Shown in pieces: positions 36,682-44,819 of a DNA stretch of 64,000 bases. The notes under the pieces were generated by a model. It ran no database searches and had not been told where the DNA came from. It saw nothing but the letters and a program-made list of their open reading frames with translations. Both the position numbers and the translations under genes were made by a program. The stretch's first letter is position 1. Each line of letters begins with the position of its first letter. Source of the stretch: Pseudobutyrivibrio sp. (GTDB lineage: Bacteria > Bacteroidota > Bacteroidia > Bacteroidales > Marinilabiliaceae); the NCBI GenBank assembly GCA_963639155.1, contig CAVHUG010000010.1, positions 47,610 to 111,609 of the forward strand, given 5' to 3'.

Positions 36682-37707
36682 ATGCTTAAAGACAAAATAG
36701 AAGCCCTCAAAGCCGAAATTGACGGCCTCAAGGCAGCAAACGCAGAAGAAGTTGAGGCTCTGCGTATCAAGTATCTCAGCAAGAAAGGCTTCGTAAGCCT
36801 CCTTTTTGAGGAGTTCAAGACTGTCGCTCCTGAGATGAAGCGCGAGATGGGTCAGAAACTCAACGAGCTGAAGACCCGCGCCCAGGATCGCATAGCCGAG
36901 CTGAAGGCTCAGGCGGCGGCAGCAGCCGTCACGACGCGAGAGAAGACCGACGTCACGCGTCCTGGCGCTCCGTCGCTTATCGGTGGCCGTCACCCTATCT
37001 CGATCGTGAAGAATGAGATTGTAGAGATCTTCGCGCGCCTTGGCTTCACCGTAGCCGAGGGACCGGAGGTGGAGGACGACTGGCATGTCTTCACGGCACT
37101 CAACTTCCCGCCCGAGCACCCTGCGCGCGACATGCAGGATACGTTCTTCATCAACACCAACCCCGACATCCTCCTCCGCACGCACACCAGTTCTGTCCAG
37201 GTGCGCGAGATGGAGCGTAAGCGTCCGCCCATCCGCGCAGTGTTCCCAGGCCGCGTGTTCCGCAACGAGGCGATCTCGGCGCGTGCGCACTGCATCTTCC
37301 ACCAGGTCGAGGGGCTTTACGTGGCAAAGAACGTGTCGTTTGCCGACTTGAAGCAGGTGCTCCTGTATTTCGCAAAAGAGATGTTCGGCGCAGATGTCGA
37401 GATACGTCTCCGCCCGTCGTACTTCCCATTTACTGAGCCGTCTGCCGAGATGGACGTAAGCTGCACGCTCTGCGGAGGCAAGGGCTGCGGCGTCTGCAAG
37501 GGTTCTGGATGGTTGGAGATCCTTGGTTGCGGCATGGTGGACCCGGCAGTCCTTGAGAACAACGGCATCGACCCGAAGGAGTATAGCGGATATGCGTTCG
37601 GCATGGGAGTTGAGCGTATCGCCATGTTGCGTTATGGCGTTGACGACATCCGTAACTTCTTTGAGAACGACGTTCGCTTCTTGTCGCAGTTCCAGTCTGC
37701 GATGTAG
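36682..37707 (+). CDS. pheS: Phenylalanine--tRNA ligase alpha subunit
   Basis: Contains HPISIVKNEIVEIFARLGF, PPEHPARDMQDTFF, the class II motifs FRNEAISARAHCIFHQVEG and GFAFGMGVERIAMLRYG. Confidence 0.96.
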   Translation: MLKDKIEALKAEIDGLKAANAEEVEALRIKYLSKKGFVSLLFEEFKTVAPEMKREMGQKLNELKTRAQDRIAELKAQAAAAAVTTREKTDVTRPGAPSLIGGRHPISIVKNEIVEIFARLGFTVAEGPEVEDDWHVFTALNFPPEHPARDMQDTFFINTNPDILLRTHTSSVQVREMERKRPPIRAVFPGRVFRNEAISARAHCIFHQVEGLYVAKNVSFADLKQVLLYFAKEMFGADVEIRLRPSYFPFTEPSAEMDVSCTLCGGKGCGVCKGSGWLEILGCGMVDPAVLENNGIDPKEYSGYAFGMGVERIAMLRYGVDDIRNFFENDVRFLSQFQSAM

Positions 37708-37729
37708 GGACGAGACGAGATATAAAGGT

Positions 37730-37773
37730 GACGCCCCGCGACATGATTGGATGTCGCAGGGCGTCGTTCTTTT
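37730..37773. terminator. Bidirectional terminator between convergent pheS and the DUF2167 gene
   Basis: A 15-bp stem with one mismatch: GACGCCCCGCGACAT (37730-37744) pairs with ATGTCGCAGGGCGTC (37751-37765). The T-rich run GTTCTTTT follows. Confidence 0.75.
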
Positions 37774-37794
37774 ATGGAATGGTGTGTGTGGTGT

Positions 37795-38748
37795 CTACTC
37801 CTCTATCCTTGGGGTTGTGGAGTCTGGTGTGCTGGCTTGCTCCTTTTTGTCTTTCTTGCGCTTGACGAGTTTAGCGATTAGACCGCCGGCGGCCGCTATG
37901 GCGACGAGTATCATTTTCCATGACTTTAAAAGAATCGCTCCGATTTTGGCGAGGATGCCGGTCTTGGCGAGGATGGTTCCTGCGACGAGAGAGCCGATGG
38001 TAAGGTCGGAGGAGATATCGGTATCGGGATCGTAGTCGGTATACTTGTATCCGTTGTTGAATTCGAAGCTATTGATTATCATATCTTCCTTCTCTTGAAC
38101 CTCGGGAAGATCCTCGGGCGAGATGACAGCGTTGACGGAGAGGGAACCGTACCTGCCGAGGAGGCGGATGTCGTAGTTGACAACGTCGTCGTCCGCATAG
38201 TTCTTGTAAGTCCTGCCCCAGATGAGGGTGTGCGAGGCTTGGATATATTTGGGCGTGGCTGCCCAGCCTAAGAGAGTGAGTTGTTGCTCGGGGTCACGTT
38301 CTTTATTGAACTCGGCGTTGCTCTCTTTGAGTGACGCGAGGAGGTCGTCGTAGTCGATGGTTGAGGCGTCGTCGTCGGAGATGTATCCGCAGTCGGTGAA
38401 GGAGATGGAGTAGGCGACATTTACTTGATAGAACATCTCATTGTCGGAGGGGATGAGCGCGCCAAGCATGTCAGGGTCATAGGGATTGCCCCAATATTCA
38501 GAGAAGAGGTAGTTAGCTTGATCTGCATCGAGAAATTGGAATCCGTTGGGAACACGGATGGTGGCATTGCAGGTGTCGAGAGAGACGAGCCCTGTCTCAC
38601 CGTAGATGACGTCTTCTTTAAGATCGTCGAGCTCCTCCTCGGTGTATCCAGCGTTGTACATGGCCTCGTCGGTGACGACGGAGAAAGAGGAAAGAGACAA
38701 TGCTGCGACAGAGGCAGCGAGAGTCAGGAAGTTTTTTTTCAGGTTCAT
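37795..38748 (-). CDS. DUF2167-like membrane-anchored protein (317 aa)
   Basis: The start is at MNLKKNFLTLAASVAALSLSS (signal). The central string DYDDLLASLKESNAEFNKERDPEQQLTLLGWAATPKY is present. The C-terminus has two hydrophobic helices followed by KRKKDKK. Confidence 0.7.
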   Translation of the reverse strand: MNLKKNFLTLAASVAALSLSSFSVVTDEAMYNAGYTEEELDDLKEDVIYGETGLVSLDTCNATIRVPNGFQFLDADQANYLFSEYWGNPYDPDMLGALIPSDNEMFYQVNVAYSISFTDCGYISDDDASTIDYDDLLASLKESNAEFNKERDPEQQLTLLGWAATPKYIQASHTLIWGRTYKNYADDDVVNYDIRLLGRYGSLSVNAVISPEDLPEVQEKEDMIINSFEFNNGYKYTDYDPDTDISSDLTIGSLVAGTILAKTGILAKIGAILLKSWKMILVAIAAAGGLIAKLVKRKKDKKEQASTPDSTTPRIEE

Positions 38749-38846
38749 ATATGGAGTGTTTTTCAATCTGCAATTTACATAAAAGCGGTGGAAGAACATC
38801 CGTTTCGGAGGGGGAACGCAAGGGCGCAGTTTAGTGCAAAGAGGTA

Positions 38847-38854
38847 TATATTTG
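38847..38854 (+). promoter_or_regulatory. -7 promoter box TATATTTG upstream of the M48/YgjP gene
   Basis: Exact TAnnTTTG match, 21 nt upstream of the ATG at 38876. It lies inside the longer ORF-track start (38834) and argues against that start. Confidence 0.55.
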
Positions 38855-38875
38855 CGTGTACTAAAAGGAAAGGAA

Positions 38876-39634
38876 ATGAAACGTGGTTATAGGATTGAGC
38901 TTGAGCAAATTGGCAATATCGAGGTGACAATAAACAATAGGGCTCGGAGGCTGATAATGCGCATGGGAGCGGATGGCGTGGTTAGGGTCACGTCGCCTGT
39001 GGGTGTGTCGGAGGCGTATGTGAGGGAGTTTGTGGAGAAAAACGCGGGATATATTGAGAAGAGGCGGCAGGAGGTACAGAACTCGGGCAAGAGTGGGGAG
39101 ATGTTGTTTACTCCCGAGACGGAATTTAGGACTCGGACGCTAAAGTTGAGGTTGTTGGCGACGGCTAAAGACGGGAGAGTGAGGGCTACGATAGGGAAAG
39201 AGTGGGTTAGCGTGACGTATCCGGAGGGGAAGGACGTAGCAGAGCCGAGCTTTCAGGAGTTTGTAAGGAAAGCGATAGGCGCGGCATATAAGCGCGAGGC
39301 GGCAGAGTATTTGCCCGGGCGTTTGGCGATGTGGGCGGAGCGGTTAGGGCTGAAATATAAATATGTGGACATCAGGGATATGCGGTCGCGGTGGGGGAGC
39401 TGCTCGACGACGGGGCGGATATGTCTGAACTCTCAGTTGATGAGATTGCCCGATAGGCTCATAGACTTGGTGGTTGTGCATGAGCTGACGCACACGATAC
39501 ACCCGGACCACAGCGCGGCGTTTTATGCAGACCTTGACAGATTTTTGGGAGGAAGGCATTCCGCATTGAGGGCGGAACTGAAGAAGCATGGCACGATGGT
39601 GACGCCTGCATCGACGTATCAGGAGGATGCGTAG
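38876..39634 (+). CDS. YgjP/DUF45-type (M48-like) zinc metallopeptidase
   Basis: Contains SRWGSCSTTGRICLNSQLMRLP and the zinc motif VVVHELTHTIHPDHS. Its 3' end overlaps the convergent comF by 16 nt. Confidence 0.8.
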   Translation: MKRGYRIELEQIGNIEVTINNRARRLIMRMGADGVVRVTSPVGVSEAYVREFVEKNAGYIEKRRQEVQNSGKSGEMLFTPETEFRTRTLKLRLLATAKDGRVRATIGKEWVSVTYPEGKDVAEPSFQEFVRKAIGAAYKREAAEYLPGRLAMWAERLGLKYKYVDIRDMRSRWGSCSTTGRICLNSQLMRLPDRLIDLVVVHELTHTIHPDHSAAFYADLDRFLGGRHSALRAELKKHGTMVTPASTYQEDA

Positions 39635-40350
39635 GCGAGAGTCGCGAGTCCGAGTCGGACACCATCAATCTTATTTAGTGTTTCGAGGCAAGCCTCGCTT
39701 GTGGCACCCGTGGTGAAGACGTCGTCAATGAGAAGGAGCGTCTTGCCACAGGCGGCTGTTGCGTTTTTGCCGAGAGAGAAGTCGCCTTGGACGTTGAGGT
39801 ATCGTTCGACGGCGGAGAGCCGTGTCTGCGTCTGTGCGGATTGGTGGCGGAGGAGGATGTCGGTGAGGACGGGTATGCCTGTGACGTCGGAGAAGCCTTG
39901 CGCGAGGAGGAGGCTTTGGTTGTAGCCTCGGTGTCGGAGTCTGGACTTGTGGAGCGGGACGGGTATTATGGCGTCGAAGAGGTCGGCAAAGCCTGCCGTC
40001 GCGGCGCGTCGTCCCATCTCTCGTCCGAGGTCGCGAGCCGTCAGTTGGTCGCCGCAGTATTTGAATTTGTGGATGAGCTTGCGGAGTGATTCTCCCTTAT
40101 GGAAGTAGAAGCAGCTGAAAGCCGCGACGAGGGGCACTCGGCCGTCCATCATCTCTTTGACGGGGTTTTGCGCCCAAGCCTCGAAGCCTGTTGAGGGCAG
40201 CGAGGCGACGCACGTTTGGCACACGCCTATTTCTGAGCCCGAGAGCCGCGTTCCGCAGCAAGCGCATACGGCTGTGGGGTTGCAGACCTCTTGAAGCCCT
40301 GCGGCGAGGCTTGACAGCCAGTTGCGTAACGAGTTGGCGAGGCAGGGCAT
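39619..40350 (-). CDS. comF: ComF-family phosphoribosyltransferase-domain protein
   Basis: The N-terminus has Cys-rich zinc-finger strings CACCGTRL...CQTC. The C-terminus has the PRTase loop LLIDDVFTTGAT. Confidence 0.85.
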   Translation of the reverse strand: MPCLANSLRNWLSSLAAGLQEVCNPTAVCACCGTRLSGSEIGVCQTCVASLPSTGFEAWAQNPVKEMMDGRVPLVAAFSCFYFHKGESLRKLIHKFKYCGDQLTARDLGREMGRRAATAGFADLFDAIIPVPLHKSRLRHRGYNQSLLLAQGFSDVTGIPVLTDILLRHQSAQTQTRLSAVERYLNVQGDFSLGKNATAACGKTLLLIDDVFTTGATSEACLETLNKIDGVRLGLATLAYASS

Positions 40351-40365
40351 GGGAGTTGAAAGGCG

Positions 40366-43300
40366 TCAAGCTTTTGGTTTGAAGCGTAGACCCATGACGA
40401 TTACATCGTCGACGGGGCTGAGGTTGTGCCGCCAATTGTCGTAGGTGGCGTTGAGGTGGCGCACTTGGTCTTCCATAGGCTCGTCGGCGATGTTCTCGAG
40501 CATTGACGTAAAGCGTTTTGTGGAGAACTTTATCGCGGACTCCTCGTCGATGGTGACGTTTGGACCCTCTCCCTCTTTTGACGGGTCGGAGCCGAGCTGG
40601 TCGGTGTAGCCGTCGGAGCATAGGTATATGGAGTCGCCTTCTTGGAGTTGTGAGGTTGTCTCGATGAACTCGTTGTCGTTCCAGATATCGCCAATGGCGC
40701 GTCGGGTTCCTTTTATTGTCGTGAGGACTCCGTTGCGGACGATGAAGACTGGGCGTTTTGCGGCGGCGGAAATCATGATGCCTGTCTTCATGTCGATGTC
40801 GAGGATGGCGCAGTCCATGCCGTCTCGCGTCTCGACGCTTTGGTTCTTGTTGAGCGTCTGCTTTATCTCACTGTCGAGACGCGTCAGGAGCTTGGCGGGG
40901 TGGTGCATTTCGGGTTCTCGTGTAGCCTCGTTGAGGATGGTTGTGCCGATGAGCGTCATGAATGCGCCGGGGACGCCGTGGCCTGTGCAGTCGGCGCAGC
41001 AGATGAGTGCGTGGTCTTCATACATGTTGAACCAGTAGAAGTCTCCGCTGACGATGTCGCGGGGACGGAAGAGGAGGAAAGAGTCGGCGAAGGGGAGGTC
41101 TTTGAGGCTGGTTCGTGAAGGGAGAATGGCTGTCTGGATTCGGTTGGCGTAGGTTATGCTACCGAGGATGTCCTTGTTTTTTCGCTCAATCTCGTTCTTC
41201 TTGTCGTTGATCTCCTTGGTCTGGCGGGCGACCTCGCCTTCGAGTTCTTGTTGCCTTTCCACGAGCTTGCGCTCACGCCATTTTGCGAATTTTCGGATGC
41301 CGAAGAGCAGGATGATGATGCTGGCAAAGGGGAACCAGACCATTTTCCAGAAAGGCTTGTCGATATGGATGGAGATCTTGAGAGGTCGTTGGCAGACGAT
41401 ACCTGTGCCGTTGAAGGCGCGGATGTTGAGCGTATAGTTGCCGTCGGGGATGTAGTCGAACTCCTTGTGGTTTTGCGTTCCGAGAGGTTGCCATACGGGC
41501 TTGGACTCGTCGCCCTCGTGTTGCATATAGTACTCGTAGGTGACGTTGGCCTGGTCTTTCATGCATATGCCGACGAACTCGAACTCAATCTTGTCTTGTT
41601 CACCGCTGTAAGGGTACGGGAGGTCGATGGGTTCGTGTATGTCGTGGTGCTTGCCTGCGATGGTGATGTTGGTGAGGTTGATTATTGGCGCGGCACCATT
41701 TCTCTTGTCATAGGCGCTGATGTAGTGGAGAACACCGTTGTTGGTGGAGAACCACAGGTCTCCGTTGTCGGCCTTCATGACATCGGAGAACTCGAAGTTG
41801 AAGCCGTTTCCGGTTCCGAAAGTCCTAATGTTGCCGTTGCCGAGGTCGATGCAGCTAAGACCAGGCTGGTGGCAGACCCAGATGTGGCCGTTGCCGTCGC
41901 GGGCGAGGTCGTAGCAGTAGTTTTTCTCGAGACCGTCGGCTGTGGTGATGGATATGACGGAGTCGTTGCTCATGCAGAGCACGCCGTTGTTTACCGTTGC
42001 GAGCCAATAGCGGCCACGGTCGTCGGTGACCATGCCGGCGACATCGACGGGGATGTCGGCGAGGCGGTGGACATCGAAGGTGTTGGCGTCATAGAGCATG
42101 GCGATGCCGCCGTCTTTTGCTCCGAGCCACAGTTGGCCGTCGGCATCGAAGGAGACGAAGTTTATGAAGTTGTGTGGGAGCCCGTCGTTGGTTGTGTAGT
42201 AGCGCGTCCTGTGTGATGGAGTGAGGCTGTATGTGAGGAGGCCTCCGGCAGTAGCGGCGTAGAGGCAAGTGTCGTCGGCGATGATGCTGTTGATTGTCAG
42301 CTGGCTGCTTTGTGTGGTGTGGGTGTCGAGCTGCCTGAATTTGTTCTCTCCTTGATTTCTGAAGAAAATGCCAGCCCCGCGTGTGCCGACGTATTGGGTG
42401 TGGTCTTCTTTGGTGAAGAAGATGGCTGTTATGTCGGCATAGGGTGGGAGTCCGTTTTGGCGGTCGAAGATCTCGAAGTTGGACATGCACTTGGTGTCCA
42501 TGTTGATGATGCCGTCGTTGGTTCCCATCCATAGCCTCTCGCCATCGAGGCAAGTGGAGAAGACTTTGCTCTTGACGAGACCGACGTCGGAGAGGTTGTA
42601 TTGGGCGAAGAAGTTGTTAATCCATGCCACGACGCCACCGCCGTAGGTTGCGAACCAGAAGATACCTTCCCGGTCGACGAGGATGTCTGCCACGTAGTCG
42701 TTGCCGAGACCGTTGCTGTTGTCGAGAGTGAGAGACTCGACGTAGTCGTCGGTGTCGGGACGGTAATCCCATTCTTTGACGCCGTTGCCCCACGTTCCGA
42801 GGTAGAGGTTTCCTGACTCGTCCTCATAGAGGGCGCGGATGTCGTAGGCTGTGGCGGCGCCGTTGTTGCAGACGCTGTTGCACAGGTTAATGAGTTTGGC
42901 ACCGTTGGAAGGCGAGTATCGGTAGACGGAGCCGTCGTCTTGGCAGATCCAGAACTCGTTGCCGTTGCGAGTCGGGATGATGCGGTTGACTGTTGTCGGC
43001 GAGATGTCAGAAATTTCCTCAGGGGAGTGGAGTTGCCCGTTGCCGTCGACTTTAACCATGAGGAGTCCGTCGGTAGTTCCGACGAGGAGGCTCATGGAGT
43101 TGACGGCGCATATGGAGGTGTACATACGGCTGCCGAATAGCTCCTCGTCGAAGAAAGTCGTGACCTTATATTCGGAGTCTATTTTGATTATGCCCAAGTT
43201 TTGCTCGACGGCCCATATGTTGCCTCGGTCGTCGAGGCACATGTCTTTGATGGGAGCGGACATCTCGTCGTTGGCGTGGATTTTTATGAATTTGCGTCCG

Positions 43301-43617
43301 TCGTTGTAGGTGAAAGAGCCGTTGCCGTGTCCGCACCAAAGTTGCCCGTCGGTGTCGATGAGCATTTTGGATATGTAGTTGTCGGATAGGGAGTCCCGTA
43401 CGAAGAAGTTTGAGAAGTGGATGCCGTCATAGCGTGAGAGACCCTCGGCCAAGCCGATCCAGATGAAGCCGTTGTTGTCTTGAGCGAGGCTGTAGACGTA
43501 GTTTTGTGGCAGTCCTTGGGCGTTGCCGAACTTCGAGAGGTTGAAGTTTTGGGCGACGGACGAGACTGCCGCGCACAGGAGTGCCAGCAGGAGGGAGGTG
43601 AGTTTTTTTTGTGTCAT
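40366..43617 (-). CDS. Periplasmic beta-propeller (Reg_prop) + Y_Y_Y sensor, single TM, coiled coil, SpoIIE/PP2C serine phosphatase
   Basis: 1083 aa with a signal peptide. Repeated motifs such as NYVYSLAQDNNGFIWIG and GLSRYDG are two-component-regulator propeller repeats. A Y_Y_Y-like segment TYEYYMQ...GNYTLNIRA follows, then the TM WFPFASIIILLFGI. The PP2C motifs are SGDFYWF, CCADCTGHGVPGAFM, RDGMDCAIL, LCSDGYTDQ and DDVIVMG. Confidence 0.85.
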   Translation of the reverse strand: MTQKKLTSLLLALLCAAVSSVAQNFNLSKFGNAQGLPQNYVYSLAQDNNGFIWIGLAEGLSRYDGIHFSNFFVRDSLSDNYISKMLIDTDGQLWCGHGNGSFTYNDGRKFIKIHANDEMSAPIKDMCLDDRGNIWAVEQNLGIIKIDSEYKVTTFFDEELFGSRMYTSICAVNSMSLLVGTTDGLLMVKVDGNGQLHSPEEISDISPTTVNRIIPTRNGNEFWICQDDGSVYRYSPSNGAKLINLCNSVCNNGAATAYDIRALYEDESGNLYLGTWGNGVKEWDYRPDTDDYVESLTLDNSNGLGNDYVADILVDREGIFWFATYGGGVVAWINNFFAQYNLSDVGLVKSKVFSTCLDGERLWMGTNDGIINMDTKCMSNFEIFDRQNGLPPYADITAIFFTKEDHTQYVGTRGAGIFFRNQGENKFRQLDTHTTQSSQLTINSIIADDTCLYAATAGGLLTYSLTPSHRTRYYTTNDGLPHNFINFVSFDADGQLWLGAKDGGIAMLYDANTFDVHRLADIPVDVAGMVTDDRGRYWLATVNNGVLCMSNDSVISITTADGLEKNYCYDLARDGNGHIWVCHQPGLSCIDLGNGNIRTFGTGNGFNFEFSDVMKADNGDLWFSTNNGVLHYISAYDKRNGAAPIINLTNITIAGKHHDIHEPIDLPYPYSGEQDKIEFEFVGICMKDQANVTYEYYMQHEGDESKPVWQPLGTQNHKEFDYIPDGNYTLNIRAFNGTGIVCQRPLKISIHIDKPFWKMVWFPFASIIILLFGIRKFAKWRERKLVERQQELEGEVARQTKEINDKKNEIERKNKDILGSITYANRIQTAILPSRTSLKDLPFADSFLLFRPRDIVSGDFYWFNMYEDHALICCADCTGHGVPGAFMTLIGTTILNEATREPEMHHPAKLLTRLDSEIKQTLNKNQSVETRDGMDCAILDIDMKTGIMISAAAKRPVFIVRNGVLTTIKGTRRAIGDIWNDNEFIETTSQLQEGDSIYLCSDGYTDQLGSDPSKEGEGPNVTIDEESAIKFSTKRFTSMLENIADEPMEDQVRHLNATYDNWRHNLSPVDDVIVMGLRFKPKA

Positions 43618-43655
43618 GCTCCTGTGTTGTTGTGATGTTGATTTTTGTCGTCATG

Positions 43656-43700
43656 CCGGCGCGTCATTGGGCGATGTTGTCGTCCGTCATGACGCGCCGG
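43656..43700. promoter_or_regulatory. Perfect 12-bp inverted repeat CCGGCGCGTCAT-N21-ATGACGCGCCGG upstream of the sensor-phosphatase gene
   Basis: The arms are at 43656-43667 and 43689-43700. The repeat is 38 nt upstream of the ATG at 43617 and downstream of the stop at 43750. It could be a terminator for the upstream gene or an operator. Confidence 0.4.
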
Positions 43701-43749
43701 CTATGGCGGTGTGAGACGCCTCGTGGTGTCGAGGCGCGTGATGTGGGTG

Positions 43750-44721
43750 TTATTTTTTAGGCTTGACGCCTATGCTGTATTTGTATTTGGGTATGCCACC
43801 GATAGGGACACTATAGAATGGCATGAGTTCGCCGTATTGGTTTTCGAGGAAAATGACGACGTTGTTGTTCTTGAGAGGTTTGTTTTTGAACTTAATCATC
43901 TGGACGTCCCAAGAGGTGTTCTTCTCCTCTTCGGCTACCTTGTGAGTGCTTGTGACCCATTCGTTATTGCCGCTGACTTTCATCATCTCTCCGTTCTTGG
44001 CGACGGAGATAATGCGTATCATTCCGTCTTTATCCCAGTCGAAGTTGCTTTGTTTGAGAGAGATGGTCTTGTCGTCGATGTAGGGGTAGATGTGTGATAT
44101 TTCAGTGCCGACATCGTGGAGTCGGAACTTGTATTTGAAGTAGTAGGCGAAGGCGCCGTCGACTTTTATGTTGTCATCTTTTTTGCGGCTGAGGAAGAGT
44201 CTGTACATGTTGCCGTCGTCGCCGCTGAGGCCCTCGATGACGAGTTTGAAGGTGCGTCCTCCGAATTCGGGGAGGTCTTCACCCTCGGAGGGGTTGAAGG
44301 GTCCGAAGGTGTACCATTTGTCGTCGTACTGAGGTTCGGAGCCGAAGGTTTTCGTGGCGAGCATGGTGCCGCTTTTGAATTTGCCTTTGATGTTGCTTTT
44401 TTGTGCGTCTTTGTTGGAGCAAGACTCCTTGCCGCCGTAGACGCTGAAGCGGGTCTTGGTGTTCCAGTCTCCTCGTATCTCGTCGTTCTTGCCGCCGCAG
44501 TCTGGGTCGAAGACGCGGATGTATATAGGAGTGGCGCAGTCGGAGGGGATGGAGAAGAAGATGATTTGCACGAAGTTGTCGTCACCCCATTCGGTTTCGC
44601 TGTCTTTGCCGAAGGTCATGAGGAACGGGATGTTCTCATCGTCGCCTGGGACGGGTTGGGCGAGAGCAGATGTAAATCCGGCGATGAGGGTGAGAAGTGC
44701 GAGTGTCAGTTTCATTTTCAT
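43750..44721 (-). CDS. Secreted protein of unknown function (323 aa)
   Basis: The signal peptide is MKMKLTLALLTLIAGFTSALAQ. I recognise no family motif. Composition suggests a beta-rich protein with a CATPIYIRVFDPDCGG Cys pair. Confidence 0.75.
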   Translation of the reverse strand: MKMKLTLALLTLIAGFTSALAQPVPGDDENIPFLMTFGKDSETEWGDDNFVQIIFFSIPSDCATPIYIRVFDPDCGGKNDEIRGDWNTKTRFSVYGGKESCSNKDAQKSNIKGKFKSGTMLATKTFGSEPQYDDKWYTFGPFNPSEGEDLPEFGGRTFKLVIEGLSGDDGNMYRLFLSRKKDDNIKVDGAFAYYFKYKFRLHDVGTEISHIYPYIDDKTISLKQSNFDWDKDGMIRIISVAKNGEMMKVSGNNEWVTSTHKVAEEEKNTSWDVQMIKFKNKPLKNNNVVIFLENQYGELMPFYSVPIGGIPKYKYSIGVKPKK

Positions 44722-44819
44722 AGTTGAACTCGTATCAAATTAGTTGTTATGCGAAAGTTTTGTACGAGCGTCGTGTGGGATTGTTACTCGGAAGTCGCTG
44801 GCACGAGGAGAAGTTTTTT

